Assembly (NCBI GenBank): GCA_051294375.1
Contig: CM119264.1
Coordinates: 12,650,263-12,714,262, forward strand
Length of the DNA stretch: 64,000 nucleotides
Reading direction: 5' to 3'
Origin: Paraspadella gotoi
Taxonomy: Eukaryota; Animalia; Chaetognatha
The number at the start of each line of letters is the position of its first letter. The first letter of the stretch is position 1. A program made the translations under genes and the position numbers. The notes beneath the pieces are model-generated. The model saw only the letters and a program-made list of their open reading frames with translations. It was not told the DNA's origin and searched no databases. Below are positions 49,601 to 62,045 of this stretch, one piece after another.

Positions 49601-52600
49601 ATCTCACCCCACATATTATTTTTTTTACCTGATAGTAAAAGAACTTTTTCCGTTTGTGGTGTTACAAGTACAGGACCTGGTAATACTGCTGGTACTGGTT
49701 TGAAATACCTCAACGTTTCAGGACCATTCCAAGAAGGTAATGCAGATATGGAAACAACAATAGAAGGCCCAGGAGCAGCATAAGGAAAATACGCACATTT
49801 ACAATCTACTGACAGCGTTTCAATAAGTTTCCCATTCACAAAAAAATTAAGTTCCTCATTATAAAAATCTAAAGTACATTGAATCACGTCCTCCAGAGTT
49901 AAACTGATATCGTAATTGAATAAATCGATCAAAAATTGTTCTGATAACAATGAATTATCAATAGGCAATCCTGGTTTCAGCTTTTTAACAACCCCAATTA
50001 AAAGTTTGCCTTCAGAGTCTGTCACACTTTTTATGACTAATTTATAAGTATTACATTTACTAGATAATGGCCATCTTCCTTCAATGCAAGTATCAGATAT
50101 TAATAAATCATCAAGAAATTCTTGTTCGAATTGCCATCCTTTTAATTTTAACTTGCCGTTTTCTATGCCACCTGGGTGAAGGGCAAAAGAAATATCAACC
50201 CTTCCATTGTTCTCCTTAAAAGTATATTCATTGTTAAACTTGGTCAAAATTGACGGTTCACTTGCAACGTCAATAAAAGTTTGTAAAGACAATGAGGGAA
50301 TTTCTTCTACATCTGGAAAAATCATGTAGGAACTCGAGAAATCATTACTGACTAAAAATATTTTAATCATAGAATCACTAAAATTGTCCACATGGAGCGT
50401 TACGTTTCTAGTCGTTGAAAGACTGAATGGAATATCATAATACTGAGCAAAAAAATTATCAGTATTACTTAAATTATAAAAACTGCAAGGAAATCCACCA
50501 AAAAAATGTGATTTTAAATTCCAAAGCGTATATGCACAACTTTTGCAAATACCGCAATCGCGACAGGTGTACGCTGCTCGATTGCATTTGCATCTTTGAC
50601 TTTGGTGACTTAAAACTCGCGAGTATTGGCAATTCTGATCAAATGCACAATGTCCACCAAAAGTACAATTTGTAATAGATTTACTCAGTACCCAACGATG
50701 GTTTTTAACGATTCCATGTAAACCATCTGGAAGTACTATAAATTTTGATGAAAATGAAGAATCTAAATCCATAAGAAGTCCATCAATAATTTCTTTGCAT
50801 AATGAAAAAGCAGTCCAAAAATTCTGTTCTTGAGGCGTCAGCTCTGAAACATGCCCCGGACTATTAGAAGGATTGCTTTCATAAATTTTTGTATGAGCAA
50901 TTAAAAATACCTCGTCATTTTCAACTTTAAGTGCAACCTCTATTGAGCCACAATGAAAAATTCCAGCATTTTTGTCAAGATTTATGAAATTCATGATCTG
51001 GGAAAAAATAGTAACTATTAAAGAAAAAAAATTCAATGGCAACCTTCCATTTGAACTATATTTAATTTCTTTAAAAAACTTTTTATCATAATCAATAAAA
51101 GCAAAATTTTGTTCTTTTTCTCTCTTCCCTAAAAAATTTAACACTCTGTACCTTGGTTGCGCTAAATCAGTTCGCGGACATTCGACCTTTGACAAAATGC
51201 CACACAGAATCAGGACTTCATGAAAGTGATGATAATCTAGATTATTTTCGATGAAATCATGAAAAAGCATTGAACAAGCCTCTTTCTGATGAAAATATTC
51301 AACAAGATCGCAAAAGTCTGCAATTTTTCTCACGTAATGATGCGATGAACCCGATCTTAGTACGTAAATCAAATTGTGGGACTGTAAAATATTCAGAATA
51401 GCCAGGATAGAATTATTAGGATATTCAGCATTCAATAATTTACCAAAATCATCATCGGAAAAGATATTTCCGAGATGAGGTAAAATGTCAAGAGAAAATT
51501 TTAACACAGGCTTCCAAAATACTAATTTTTTTAAAGAACCTAATTTTACACAGAGGAAATCTAAAATGTACTTGGCATCTTCAACCGTCTTTAACGTCAT
51601 AGGCTTTGTGTGAATTAAATCTGAGATTAGCTGATAAACACGAAGGTCAAAGTCTGTTTGGCGGCACTTCATTGTTAATTCTTTTGAGTCTTCTTTAAAA
51701 TTGATAATGGTCAAAAAATATTCCTTAAGAGAATCGAAAATGCTCGAATTTTCTTCTGGACTATCAGAACCTGTCTCAACGAGCATCAAGCTCAAAGGAA
51801 TGTCTCGAGCCGTTGATGAAACATCACCTCCTAAAGTTGAGAGGATGACGGAATTCATGGAAGAATTCAAGGAAATGGCGGGATGCAATCCTCCGCCAAG
51901 ATAAAGAAATGAACCTTCCCAAATTCTCAAGCCGTTCAAATTGAGGAACAATTCTATTTCCGAGCCACAGAGCAACTTCTAGACATCGTTTTAATAATAT
52001 TTTATTTTTTATCCATAAATAGCTCAGAGTAAAGTTAAACTTATACTAAAACACAAAATTTAATTTTTGGTTCCCCATGGAACCGGGGTTCTTTATGGTT
52101 CTTCCCCACCAACAGAAGAGCATCTGCTCAGCAAAACGCGACATCTCCAGCCAAAAAAACGAAAAGAGGATCTCATCCTCTTCCCCCTCCCCTCCACTAC
52201 CACAGTGCGCAGCCACGAGACAATCACTCGTAACCAGCAAACCAGGAGGGGGAATCCCACTTGACCGGATGTCGTAGAAGGGGGGGGATGAGAAGTCGCA
52301 AAAACCAGTCCATGGACGAAACCGAGTCTGGAAAACTTGTCGGCCGGACGAGGCAATGGCCAAAAGAGCTGTCGGGCGATCAGTTGGCGTCCTTTAGCAT
52401 TCCTGAAGCCCTAGGGTGTGCCAANNNNNNNNNNTTGGCACACCCTACTGAAGCCCCACCCTTAAGCTTGGGAGGCGGGAAAGACTTGCGAGGCCTGTAG
52501 GGATGGCAAACAGGATTACACGGACTGCCACGCCCATGCTAGCAGAACAGGCGCAATTGTGTCGTGCCCTGGAATGGAAAAGCAAAGAATGCATCGCTTG

Positions 52601-55600
52601 AGTGATGTCTGGAACGGTCTCCAAAATTAAACGCTGTGGAAGGCGGAGAACTGGACAGAACTGTCTTGAGATCCAAAGGGGCAGCGTTGACTACCATGCG
52701 CTGAGACTCGGAGAGAGCCGTGCCAAAAATTGGCGCCAAACCTGACGAGACATCTTGGCAAGATCGAGGTAGCCTGCGTCGACTGCACCAGGCCCCTCTG
52801 AGCGAAGAGCCTCGACCATGAGGCGGAGAGCATCAGCGACAGACAGCATGAGCGGATGCTCCGGCGTCTCTCAGGATGCGCTTCAAAGCCATGAAAGGGC
52901 GCGTCATCTTGGAGTCCTTCCGAACGGCGTCTAAGCAGCAAAACTCTTGAGCGGGAGGACAAAACTCCACCAGAGAGAAAGCTTCCGACCAACGCTTGGT
53001 GCGCGCATTGGCGGAAAACACATCCCACAATGGCAGGACATTGTCCGGGTCGACTGCGCAAGTCTCTCCACTGGCTCAGCAGTCAGCACCCACTCCAAAG
53101 GCATGACACAAAGTTGTCAAACCCCTGACCCGACTCTTCTAAGGAGGAACCCTCCTCAGAGGCGTCATCTACTTGCGCTGATCGAGCTTGACAAGGAAGG
53201 CCCGACCCAGACACCCCCTCGGAGCATGAAGGCCAATCCGCCGCCAGAGGCCGCCAGTTGCTGGCGCTGTTGCTGGCGTCAAAACAAAAACCGACAAAGA
53301 AAGGTACAGAATGGCAAACAGAGGCGTCAAAAAAACAAGGAAAAAAGAGAAATCATTGAAAATAATAAGTCTAAAAAAAACCAAAAACAAAAACTCCACC
53401 CAAAATGAGAACAATCGAGCTTGAGCTTGAGCTCGAGCTCGAGTGGGTGGCTTTTAGTGGGGAAGAACCATGAAAAATCCCGGTTCTATGCGGAACCAAA
53501 AGTTCTATCATGTAGTTCTTCCCCACCAACAAGAGCCTATAATGAGACAGGCAAAGGCCCGACAAAACAAAAAGCCGAGTTAGGTGGGGCACAGGAGGAA
53601 AACCCCTCTGTAGACCAAATGAACGGCAAAAAAAGGCCTCAGCAGGGAGACTGAGCGCGGACAGAAGAAGTGATTCTGTCTCGTGGCTGCGCGCTGAGAT
53701 AGTGGAGGGAAGGGGGAAGAGGAGGAGATCTTTTCATTTTTTTGTCAGGAGATGTCGCGTTTTGCTGAGCAGATGCTTTTCTGTTGGTGGGGAAGAACTA
53801 CATGATAGAATTTTATATCTCGTAAATCATATTAGCGGTTAAAATGAGAGCCTATGAGAAAAGAGGAAAAAAGACGCAAGCAACAAGACAGATACATATT
53901 ACATATTTATACATAAGATAAAATAAGTTAAGATAAGTTTTCATCCGAAGCTTTCATTCTCAAGTTTACAGTAATTTCAATATAAAATAATCAGTAAGTT
54001 AACCAGAATGTTATTAAAACGATAACCACTGGTGATTTTCCTTTAGAATAAAATCCGAGTTCGATTTCATCTCCCGCGTTAAACAAATCAATTTTATTCT
54101 TAAAGTCCTTTAAACTCTTCGCGTTTTTTGCGCCGCCCATGACGTCAAAACCAAAAGATGCATCAGTCGTTCCGGGAATTAACTCGAGAGGATGAGATCT
54201 GGGAACAAAGCCGACGACTATGGCGTTCTCGACTTCCCTCTCCACAGAAATAATCTTAATTTTAAAGCTTTTTTCCGAATGATCATTAAGCGAAGACGAT
54301 GAAACAAAGACTCCAGGTTTTTTATCGGGATTTTTACATTGTTTTAAATAATATTCCTGCGAAATCATCGAAGTTTCTATGTATCTGTACATTGGTTCAG
54401 GGGCCCTAGAGTCGTCGGAGACCGCGGGGTCGTAGTAATTTAATATTCTTACTCGTTCACCCTGACTATTTAAGCTTATCATTGGCAGTAGGCCCAACTT
54501 TTGACTTCCGTCCGAGGGGCTCTTGAAATATTCGCCACGAATTCGCATTCGATGAATTTCCACGCTATTTAGCGTAAAAAAAACGTCTAAACCAGTCATG
54601 CTGACGTAATCTGGAGAAAGGTGGTTGACGTAACAACCTATAATGTCTCCTTGGCGAATTCGGGGCGGATTCACAACTGGGCTTTTTGCTTTGTTACAGG
54701 GAAAGGAAAACCCACTTATGTGAATTCTACCTTCTGATCCGTGATAACCGATGCACCCATGTTCCGTACCCACTGCCTTGTTTTCTGAGCATTCGAAGAA
54801 GCCCAAACCTACACAAATATTCCCTTTTTCTCCTAAATCCATTACTTCGACCTGGAAGCCACTAGCTTCTGAAGTTAAAATTCCGTTGGCTTTGAAGACG
54901 ACGGGTTCAACTGTTGTTCCCATATCACCGAATTCTCCATCTGGTAAAAGATACGAGTGCAAGGGAGAAAAGTATCCATGACTCAAAAATCTCCAATTCA
55001 GGAGAGGGTTCTCAATTACTTTGTCTCTTTCGTTCATTAGGCAAAAAATGTCCGTCAGAAATGTATATAGAAATAAGAGAAGTGGATTTAACTTCTCCAT
55101 CTTCGCAGTCAACTTTTCTATTTCGCTAAATGGGAGACGAGCTTTTTCAATCGTGGCCCTCGGAATACTAAAAATGTCGCAATATTTTAGTTTCGACAAA
55201 AACTCGTCAGCAATGTCATTGAACCTCGTCAATGCGGAGATTCCCAAGAGCTCCAGGCAAGCTCCGACCAGGCATCGGGACTCTACGCTCCATTTCGACG
55301 ATATCATCTTCGTCAAATTTAAGATCGGATTCTGAAAAAGCGGTGAAGTAAACATTTTGGCCGCGCTGTGTATAGTGTTAAACATCTTGAGACAAGCATT
55401 ATAAAATCCCTTTTCGCCTCTCGGTGCTGGAAAGTCCAAGAGCGTGGCTGCGTTAATTATGCTAGTAACATCCCTATCCGATTTCATGAATTGAAGGTAA
55501 GGAAACAATCCCGAATGATGATAGAAAAAAGCATGCTCCTCCACAACTTGGTCGCTTCGCTTCCAGACCAAAGTGAGGTTTTGACCCGGAAGTACGGACC

Positions 55601-58600
55601 CATCGAGATTGATCCGGTGGCCACTGGACACGATTCCCACGCTAATGAGGTCTCCTGCGCTGCAAGGAACGCCCGAGGCCTTGTTCGCGTCCGATTCTTT
55701 TAACGACGACGACCCAGAAGAGACTCCAATTTTTATTGACTTGCTCATTACTTTCTTGATCCGGACGCGAAAACTTGAATCAGAATTAGAAAGTGATTGC
55801 AGAAAATTGCAAAGCGGCAATTTGGCACGTTGTGAAGAACGATTCTGAGGCAAGAGCAATAAGTGACCATCTAAGGTCAAAACCAAGTTCCCACAGAGGG
55901 CCGAGTAAAATTGTTTTGACACATGTGCCAACGTCGATGAGGCTTCTCGGCCCTCTTTTTGGAGAATCTTCAGCCTGTCGACATACAATCTGGCGCATTT
56001 TTCAACATGCTGTGCAGCGCCACTTGCTCCGTCTGCAGTAAGATCCACGGCAATGATAACGTGATCAGGCGGCGAGGAGACGACGTCATGTAGTACGGAA
56101 TCTAGGGAGGCTTCCACGACATCTAGAGTAAAAGGCTGTAAGGCATCGTCGCCATTGCATTCTAACGTTGTTGATTCTGTGTCGTGTCGCTCCGATGTCA
56201 AGTCTTTGGACTGTAATGCCTTTGCGACGGAGTGACGGACGTTCGAAGAGGGAATAACTAAAACGTATCCACGACGGGAAATAAAAAATCCTTCAGTGTT
56301 TTCTTGTTTCTCAACATCCTCGCATTTCTTCTCATACCCCAGCAAAAAGTTTCCGCGTATCTGCTTTTCCCGGCTGACTGAAAAAGGTCGATAGGTCAAT
56401 CCAGTCAACGGCATACGCAACTCGCAAGTTGGCGGACAAACTAGAGACAAAGCGTCCCAGGCGTCGTTGGTCAGACGGAGACATCCGCAAAAGTCGATCG
56501 TCGAAAGTTTTGACGAGTCGCTTAGTTTTTCGCACAAGGCATAGACGCCTATGTCGGTGAGAAAACCAAGGCCGCGAAGAAGAAGGCGACGAAGATGCCT
56601 TTAGAGAAAGAAAAAGCAATAGAGATAGAAAACGAGAATTTGCAATTAACACTGACGAACTAACGCTAATATTTTCTTAAAGTTTATATCAAACAACCCA
56701 AAATATATCTTTAAAATAAAACAAAAGTAAAACCGACCTTAAATCTAATGCGTGTCTCGAAAGAGTCCTGATCGCCGCATCCACGACACGCGGACACCGC
56801 GAGCGAATTTCGACGACGATCTCCTCGCGAACGACGCATCTCGATGCTAAATTGTCCAGGAAGTCGCCGAAGGCGATGAGGGGAAAGGCGAAGGGATGGG
56901 CAGAGTCTGCGACGACCTTGTCGAGAGGAAAGGTCTCCGTTTCCAAAGAACCAGGAGAGGAAGTGCTTTGTAGCAAAAATCGAATGTTCCAGTCCTCGGG
57001 TGGAAGGTCGACACCGAAGGTAGCGTCTTCGCCTTCGTCTTCGACGTCTCTCTGCTTCCAAAAATCGCGTTTATTGATGTCCTCTAAATTTTCAGCTAAG
57101 GGAGGCGGCGACGGCCGCTCCGGTCCAGAAGGGAGTTTGAGAGAAAGCTTTGAAGTATTCATTTTATAAAGCACATTTTTTTAGCTGGTAGATTCCGAAT
57201 AACAAAGCCCATCATCCAGTTGCATACTGTAAAGCACGTTGAATCAATTCAACCCGCAGTTATTTAGTTTATCGTAGATTACTTTAATTAATTTGGCCAC
57301 TAGTTTGGTTAGCCTTTTGATCCCGCATTAATTAACACAAAGAGCGAAATAAATTTTCAGTGGGAATTACGGATTTTGAACTCTGTCGCCAAGGGAACGG
57401 AAGAAATCTTTGCGTGTCGAATTCCAAATACGTGTTGTGTAAAATAGGTTAAGGCAAAGCGAAAACCGATGTCGAAAAAAAACCCGCTATCCAAAAATCA
57501 TAATAAACGGTCTTGTCTCATCATGCCTCATCCTAGCTAGAGCAATTATATTGACTCAATGACAATTTAATGAATTATTCCTGAACCCTATTAATTACCT
57601 GATCTTTAGCCTTCCCCCGGAAGCCATGGAGTGTTGATGGAATGGGAAGCATTCGTAAACAACCAATTCGTCCTCCACTCGCGCCAGGAGATAGGGTTTC
57701 CGACCGCCGGCGCCCAATCCCGTCAAAGCTAACTCGGAGATTAGGGGAGTCTCCTTTTGAAGCATTTGTTGCTGGTATGCCGCCTTTTGGTTGGTGTGAT
57801 CCGGCACTTGAATTGAGATGGAAATTTTGAAAACGGTTGAATGTTATGTTGGAAATGTTGTAAAAAACTGAGTAGTATTGATTGCTACGCTTTTAACTTG
57901 AGGTAAGTAGATTTCTTTATTTGTGAATTACGCAAACCACCAGTTAGACATCTGATACCTAATTCATTCACTCACCAGGGGCAGAACCGTGTTGGTCGGC
58001 TAACACTCTCGGACGCAAGGAAAAGTTTTTTACGGCATAACAAAGTTTAAAATCGGGCATTGAATAGAATTCCAGTGCCCCATTTTCGCGACCTATCGCT
58101 GCCCACGCCGAGCGCCGGGCCGGTCGAGAATGCGTCGCCGGTTCCGGCGATAGGGGATTTCGAAAGTTGGAATCGAGGGGAGGACGCGAGCCGGAGGTAG
58201 AGGGTTTGGAGGAGGAAGAGGAGGATGTCCCATACAGAAGAGCCTCTTCGTCTTCATCGCCGTCGATATCGCTGTAATGAGTCGAGTTGAGTAGAGGGTC
58301 AAAGATAAGGAGAAAGGTAGATCTTGTGATATTGTCCAACTGTCCTTCCCTCCCTCGCTCCCAACTTACTCGGCCTTTGCCTCGCTTTTGTCGAGCGACA
58401 GCGCGGCTGCCAAATCCGCCCCAACGGCGGAGAGAGTGGAATGTTCGGGGAAAGGGTCGACGGTTGGCGACTCAGTGGTGAAGAGGCCCGAGGAGTCGAC
58501 GAAGGCACAAAGGGCGACCACCTTGGACGGCGGATGCTGCATCAACGGCGCGCGACGTACGGTGAGGTGAGGACCAGAGTCGTCTTCGTCAGAGTCCTCG

Positions 58601-60864
58601 TCGTCGGCGGCGGCGGGGGATTCGTCTAAAGGGGTAGTTAACATCAAGTTAAAGTTAACGGGCAATGGTCTCAAATAATATGAAAAATACGTCACCATGA
58701 AAGGTTAGGGCGACTACGACTCCCTCTTCCGTCATGACGAGAAGATATGGATCGGCAATGGAAGCAGCGACAATTGGCGATCCCACGTCAAAAGGAATAT
58801 GTTGGATCTGTTGGACACCTTCCAATAAACGTACGGACATTGGAGATACCTGAAAAATATTACAAACTTAAGGAACAAAATAAAACTTTTTTATTTCAGC
58901 GTAAAAAAAATTCAAGTGATTCAGACTTAATTATTAACAGAACAAACAATTTTCCTCAAATTTTCTCGATTTAACTTTTATGAATATTTATTTCCACCTG
59001 CACAATGAACTTGTCGCATCCAATATTGCCGGCGAAAACTGTGGGACCTTGTGTAGCGAACCCCGACTGATCCAATTCCATGATCTCTTGACCAGTCTGT
59101 AAAACCATAGTTCCATCCTCTCGACCAAGAATGAGAAAGGAGTGAGAGTCCTCCTCTCCTTCGCCGCTCTTGGCCTTGAGCGTCCACATGTCAACGCATC
59201 CTGGAAGCTCGAAGGTGGTCACGACCTACACAACATTTTTTTTACATACCTCCATAAAACCGCCATACCATAACAAATGTTTTAAGTATAAATGAAACGG
59301 TAAAAATTATGAAGACTTGAATAGTTTCCTGACACTTACCTGAGGCCTGACAGCACGCTGCAGGATGGTCAGTGCGCCGTTTTTGCCATGTCCCGAAGTG
59401 AGAACGAGCTCGAGATCAGGAGAATCGCTAGATTCAAACTCTTCGGAGAGAAAGGGTGGCTCTCCAATTGTCGAGTTTCCGCAGGGACCGATGTTCAAAA
59501 TTGAGTCCGACACTTCGAAGTTGTAGGTGGTGATGGTTTTTTCCTTCGGGATATAATAGAAGTAAAACTAAAAACCTAACTCACACTCCCTAAGTTCATG
59601 CTGTTCAATTTTCATGCAATAACCTTGCATTCGAATAAAAAGTATAGCCAACCTTTTCCTCGATGTTTGGGTAAAAGTCGAGGTCGTCTTCGTCGACCTT
59701 TTCTTTGCGATCACCGTCAACTGGATCGTCGCCCGCCACCCACTCCCCCATCAAATCTAGCCGTTTCCGTTTTCCTGGCGGCTCCTCTGTGTTGTTTCTT
59801 CGACTGGGTACGTAGCGAGAAATGATAGGGGGAATTCTTTTATTATTATATATTATGTATTATTATTTTTAATAATAAGTCAATCATTTTAATATCCGAT
59901 ATAAGAAAACTTTTTATCCATCCCTTCCAGATGATATGAGAGAACCGGTTTGACATAATCTGTCAATCTGTCAATTCGACTGCAATTACCGGCGCTGCAC
60001 TAGATTACACGAGTTGATAGGCAAGTAACTTAATCACTTTACCTCTGCCCCTGGATGCTAGTTCCCAGGCCTAACGAGACGTCAGCGGAGGCCGTCGAGC
60101 TTTGATCTCCCTTTTCGACGTACTTCAGGAGCAAAGAATTACCAAGCCGCGATCCCAAAAACAAAAACCCGTTTCCGCAAACCTGATTGAAATTGTAAAA
60201 ATTTTCGCATTGACCTTGATCAATATGATGGTCATCATTCCCATATAATCTTTTTTTATTTATTTTTTCCATCATCTGAATTTACAGACAGATTGTGAGC
60301 TTCTTCATCTTCAATCGTTCAAGTTCATCACTCCAGTCACCATTCATCGCGTTGATTTTATGTACAATAAAAAAATTTCGATGAGGTAATTTAATTAAGG
60401 CAGTTTTTTTACCGTCATGCAAGTGGTGAGGACAGAAGCGGCGGCTCGATCGAAGTGAAATCCCTTGACAGCCCGCATTCCGTCGAGAAGCAAAGTGATC
60501 ACGTAAACTTCGCCCGTCTTGAGAGACACTGCAAGACGGTCGAAGGCCAAAAACGCGGCGTTGGCGCAATCTAGGGAGATCTTGACGTTCTGACCTAAAT
60601 ATGAAAAAATCTCTTAATTTTAACTTTTAAACGCAATGTGGAATTTAAACCCGCGTTCATTAGCTAACCCTGATTTTGTAAGGGAAAGTTAGTGTTTCCC
60701 TTGGTCAATGAATTGAGCGAGACTCCAAAAGGTGGGACACTTTGATTAAGGTACAGGAGCGAGTTAACAGCGAGAATAAGGACGCCGCCGATGGGTTTTG
60801 GTACAGGGAGGACACCGTGGCAATCGAATGGGAGGGAGGAGATCGACCAGATGATCGGGTGAAC
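38338..60864 (-). CDS. CPSF1: Cleavage and polyadenylation specificity factor subunit 1 (CPSF160), partial; N-terminal ~280 aa lie beyond the window
   Basis: [62 protein letters not shown]-like, [25 protein letters not shown]-terminal NILDGELL...VASHF*. About 20 GT-AG-bounded exons. AATAAA follows the stop. Confidence 0.96.
40029..40560. mobile_element. Tc1/mariner-type MITE in a CPSF1 intron
   Basis: TA|CAGGAAGGTCCAGCTCTTATGG ... CCAAAAGAGCTGGACCTCCCTG|TA terminal inverted repeats. Confidence 0.8.
42271..42754. mobile_element. Tc1/mariner-type MITE
   Basis: TA|CACTGCGGCACAAAAAGTAGCC ... GGCTACTTTTTTTGCGCCGCAGTG|TA. Confidence 0.8.
43580..43585 (-). promoter_or_regulatory. Candidate poly(A) signal of the nested Roco gene
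   Basis: Minus strand CATGTAATAAA (UGUA plus AATAAA) ~50 nt after the stop, followed by a GU/U-rich tract TGTGTCTTTTATTTT. Confidence 0.55.
43635..57162 (-). CDS. Giant Roco-family protein (~3,607 aa): LRR - degenerate Roc/SPRY repeats/COR - SPRY - MSP - LRR with EF-hand - Roc-COR - TIR - TIR - C-terminal domain - CaaX; nested in a CPSF1 intron
   Basis: Exons 57162-56738, 56598-~54027, 51978-47445, 46927-43635 total 10,824 nt with compatible phases. P-loop GLGGSG|KTS is split by intron 3. [68 protein letters not shown]-terminus CGIM*. Confidence 0.88.
47237..47312 (-). ncRNA. Twister ribozyme-like fold, type-P5 permutation (family 2), best-preserved copy
   Basis: Minus strand: [P5 AGCAGUU]-AAGAGU-GACGG-GGCGCU-UAA-UCC-GC-[P3 CUGUAACA UGG UGUUACAG]-[P4 CCUGA UCCGAAGC UCAGG]-[P5' GACUGCU]. 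T1 CGG/CCG, T2 GC/GC. Predicted cleavage 47288|47287. Confidence 0.72.
47237..47400 (-). mobile_element. tRNA-derived SINE-like element family 2 in Roco intron 3
   Basis: Minus-strand head CAGTGGC...GCCTCCCAACCCAAAGGTCCGGGGTTCTAGCC (tRNA-like, B-box-like). Homologous to 62046-62168. Confidence 0.65.
52064..53814 (-). mobile_element. Internally deleted DIRS1-like (tyrosine-recombinase class) retrotransposon
   Basis: Imperfect ITRs at ~52098-52228 and ~53669-53798. ICR at 53457-53531 is complementary to both termini. TTTT at both junctions and no TSD. Decayed gag-like ORF and possible RT-ORF start on the minus strand. Confidence 0.82.
52412..52447. mobile_element. TIR DNA-transposon ends flanking an assembly gap, inserted in the DIRS element
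   Basis: TAGGGTGTGCCAA-(N)10-TTGGCACACCCTA with a 9-bp direct repeat CTGAAGCCC at 52403-52411 and 52448-52456. Confidence 0.75.
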
Positions 60865-61688
60865 CTTGAAAAAGGAAAAATGTGTGAAGGAATTACCAGC
60901 TCGCTTCAAGAGAAAATTGAAAAGGGGGTTGTCGGAGTAACTAACTGATTGAGGGAGACAATGATACGCCTTTTTGCAAGGTCATCATACGGCGAACAGA
61001 TGCCTCAAAACCTTAAAGATTCGTTTATCACCAAAATACTTCGGTCGTTAAAATAATTCAAAACTGCGATGAGTGCGACGTGAGCAATAAAATTATTTAA
61101 AAAGTTAAACTTAAAGTTGACAGAAAAAAAACTGTTTTATTTCTTTTTCTAATTCGCTCTAAGCGGATTCTTTGCTAACTCCAGGTAGATTTTTCCAAGT
61201 TTTTATATGAAATTAGCGTTCCAAAAATACTTAGTGAACGAGTTTAATTCGGTATAAAAACGTATACCGAAATAAACTCGTTACGAAACTAAATAAAAAA
61301 CTTTTCACTAAATCTACAAGCGTAACGAAAAAAAAAGATAATATCGCAATGTCTACCAAAAAATACTTTAACATGATTCTATTGATATCGTAATAAAAAT
61401 AAAAGGCAAGGTAAAAGTCGTCAGGAGCCAGAATTTTCGTTTTTCAGGTTTTGATTTCGTTTTCGCTTACCGAACCTTATCGTCTGTCTTTTTAATCTTT
61501 TTAATGGTCTCCTTTTTATTCTTTTATGGTCGTTTTTAATCGATTGAAAACTTTTTTAAAAAAACGTCAAGAATAACTAATCTTTTCATACGAATGAACC
61601 CAGTTTTTGAAAAAAAAAAACAAAAAAAAAACGCCGAAATAATTTTGACTTTTTTCAGACCATTTTTTTCGGCCACAATCGCGTCATC

Positions 61689-61947
61689 ATGATTCGGGGA
61701 GCACATCCTGTTCTCCAAGCCTTCCTTGGCACCCTCATGACTTGGGGCCTCACTGCATTGGGCGCGGCTTTCGTCTTCTGCACCAGAAAGCGAAACCGAA
61801 AGTTGCTCGATGTCTGCCTCGGATTTGCGGCAGGTGTAATGACAGCGGCGTCGTTTTGGTCGTTGTTGGCGCCAGGTATAGAGATGGCCGAAAATTCTGG
61901 TATTTATGGAGAGGAAGGAGAATATGCCTTTGGACCCACGGGAATAG
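61689..61947 (+). CDS. SLC39A11: Zinc transporter ZIP11 (GufA subfamily), first coding exon; rest beyond the window
   Basis: MIRGAHPVLQAFLGTLMTWGLTALGAAFVF...KLLDVCLGFAAGVMTAASFWSLLAPGIEMAE. Donor G|GTTCGT at 61948. Confidence 0.92.
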
Positions 61948-62045
61948 GTTCGTTTCAAAGAATTTATGATTGCTATGACGATGGTGAATTTGAAATAGGG
62001 TGAAGACTGAAGAGACAGTTTAATAGTTATGAGTACTCAATATTA

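Noticed and set aside
52340-52410. MLKDAN*SPDSSF read as a tyrosine-recombinase C-terminus
   Set aside because: After removing the TIR insertion it is contiguous with the gag-like frame, so it is more simply the gag end. No YR catalytic motifs are seen.
43795-56041. Numerous + strand ORFs opposite the Roco exons
   Set aside because: Short antisense shadows with no recognisable motifs.
60930-61000. IIVSLNQ as a possible upstream CPSF1 exon
   Set aside because: Weak similarity, flanked by stops, and no convincing splice sites.
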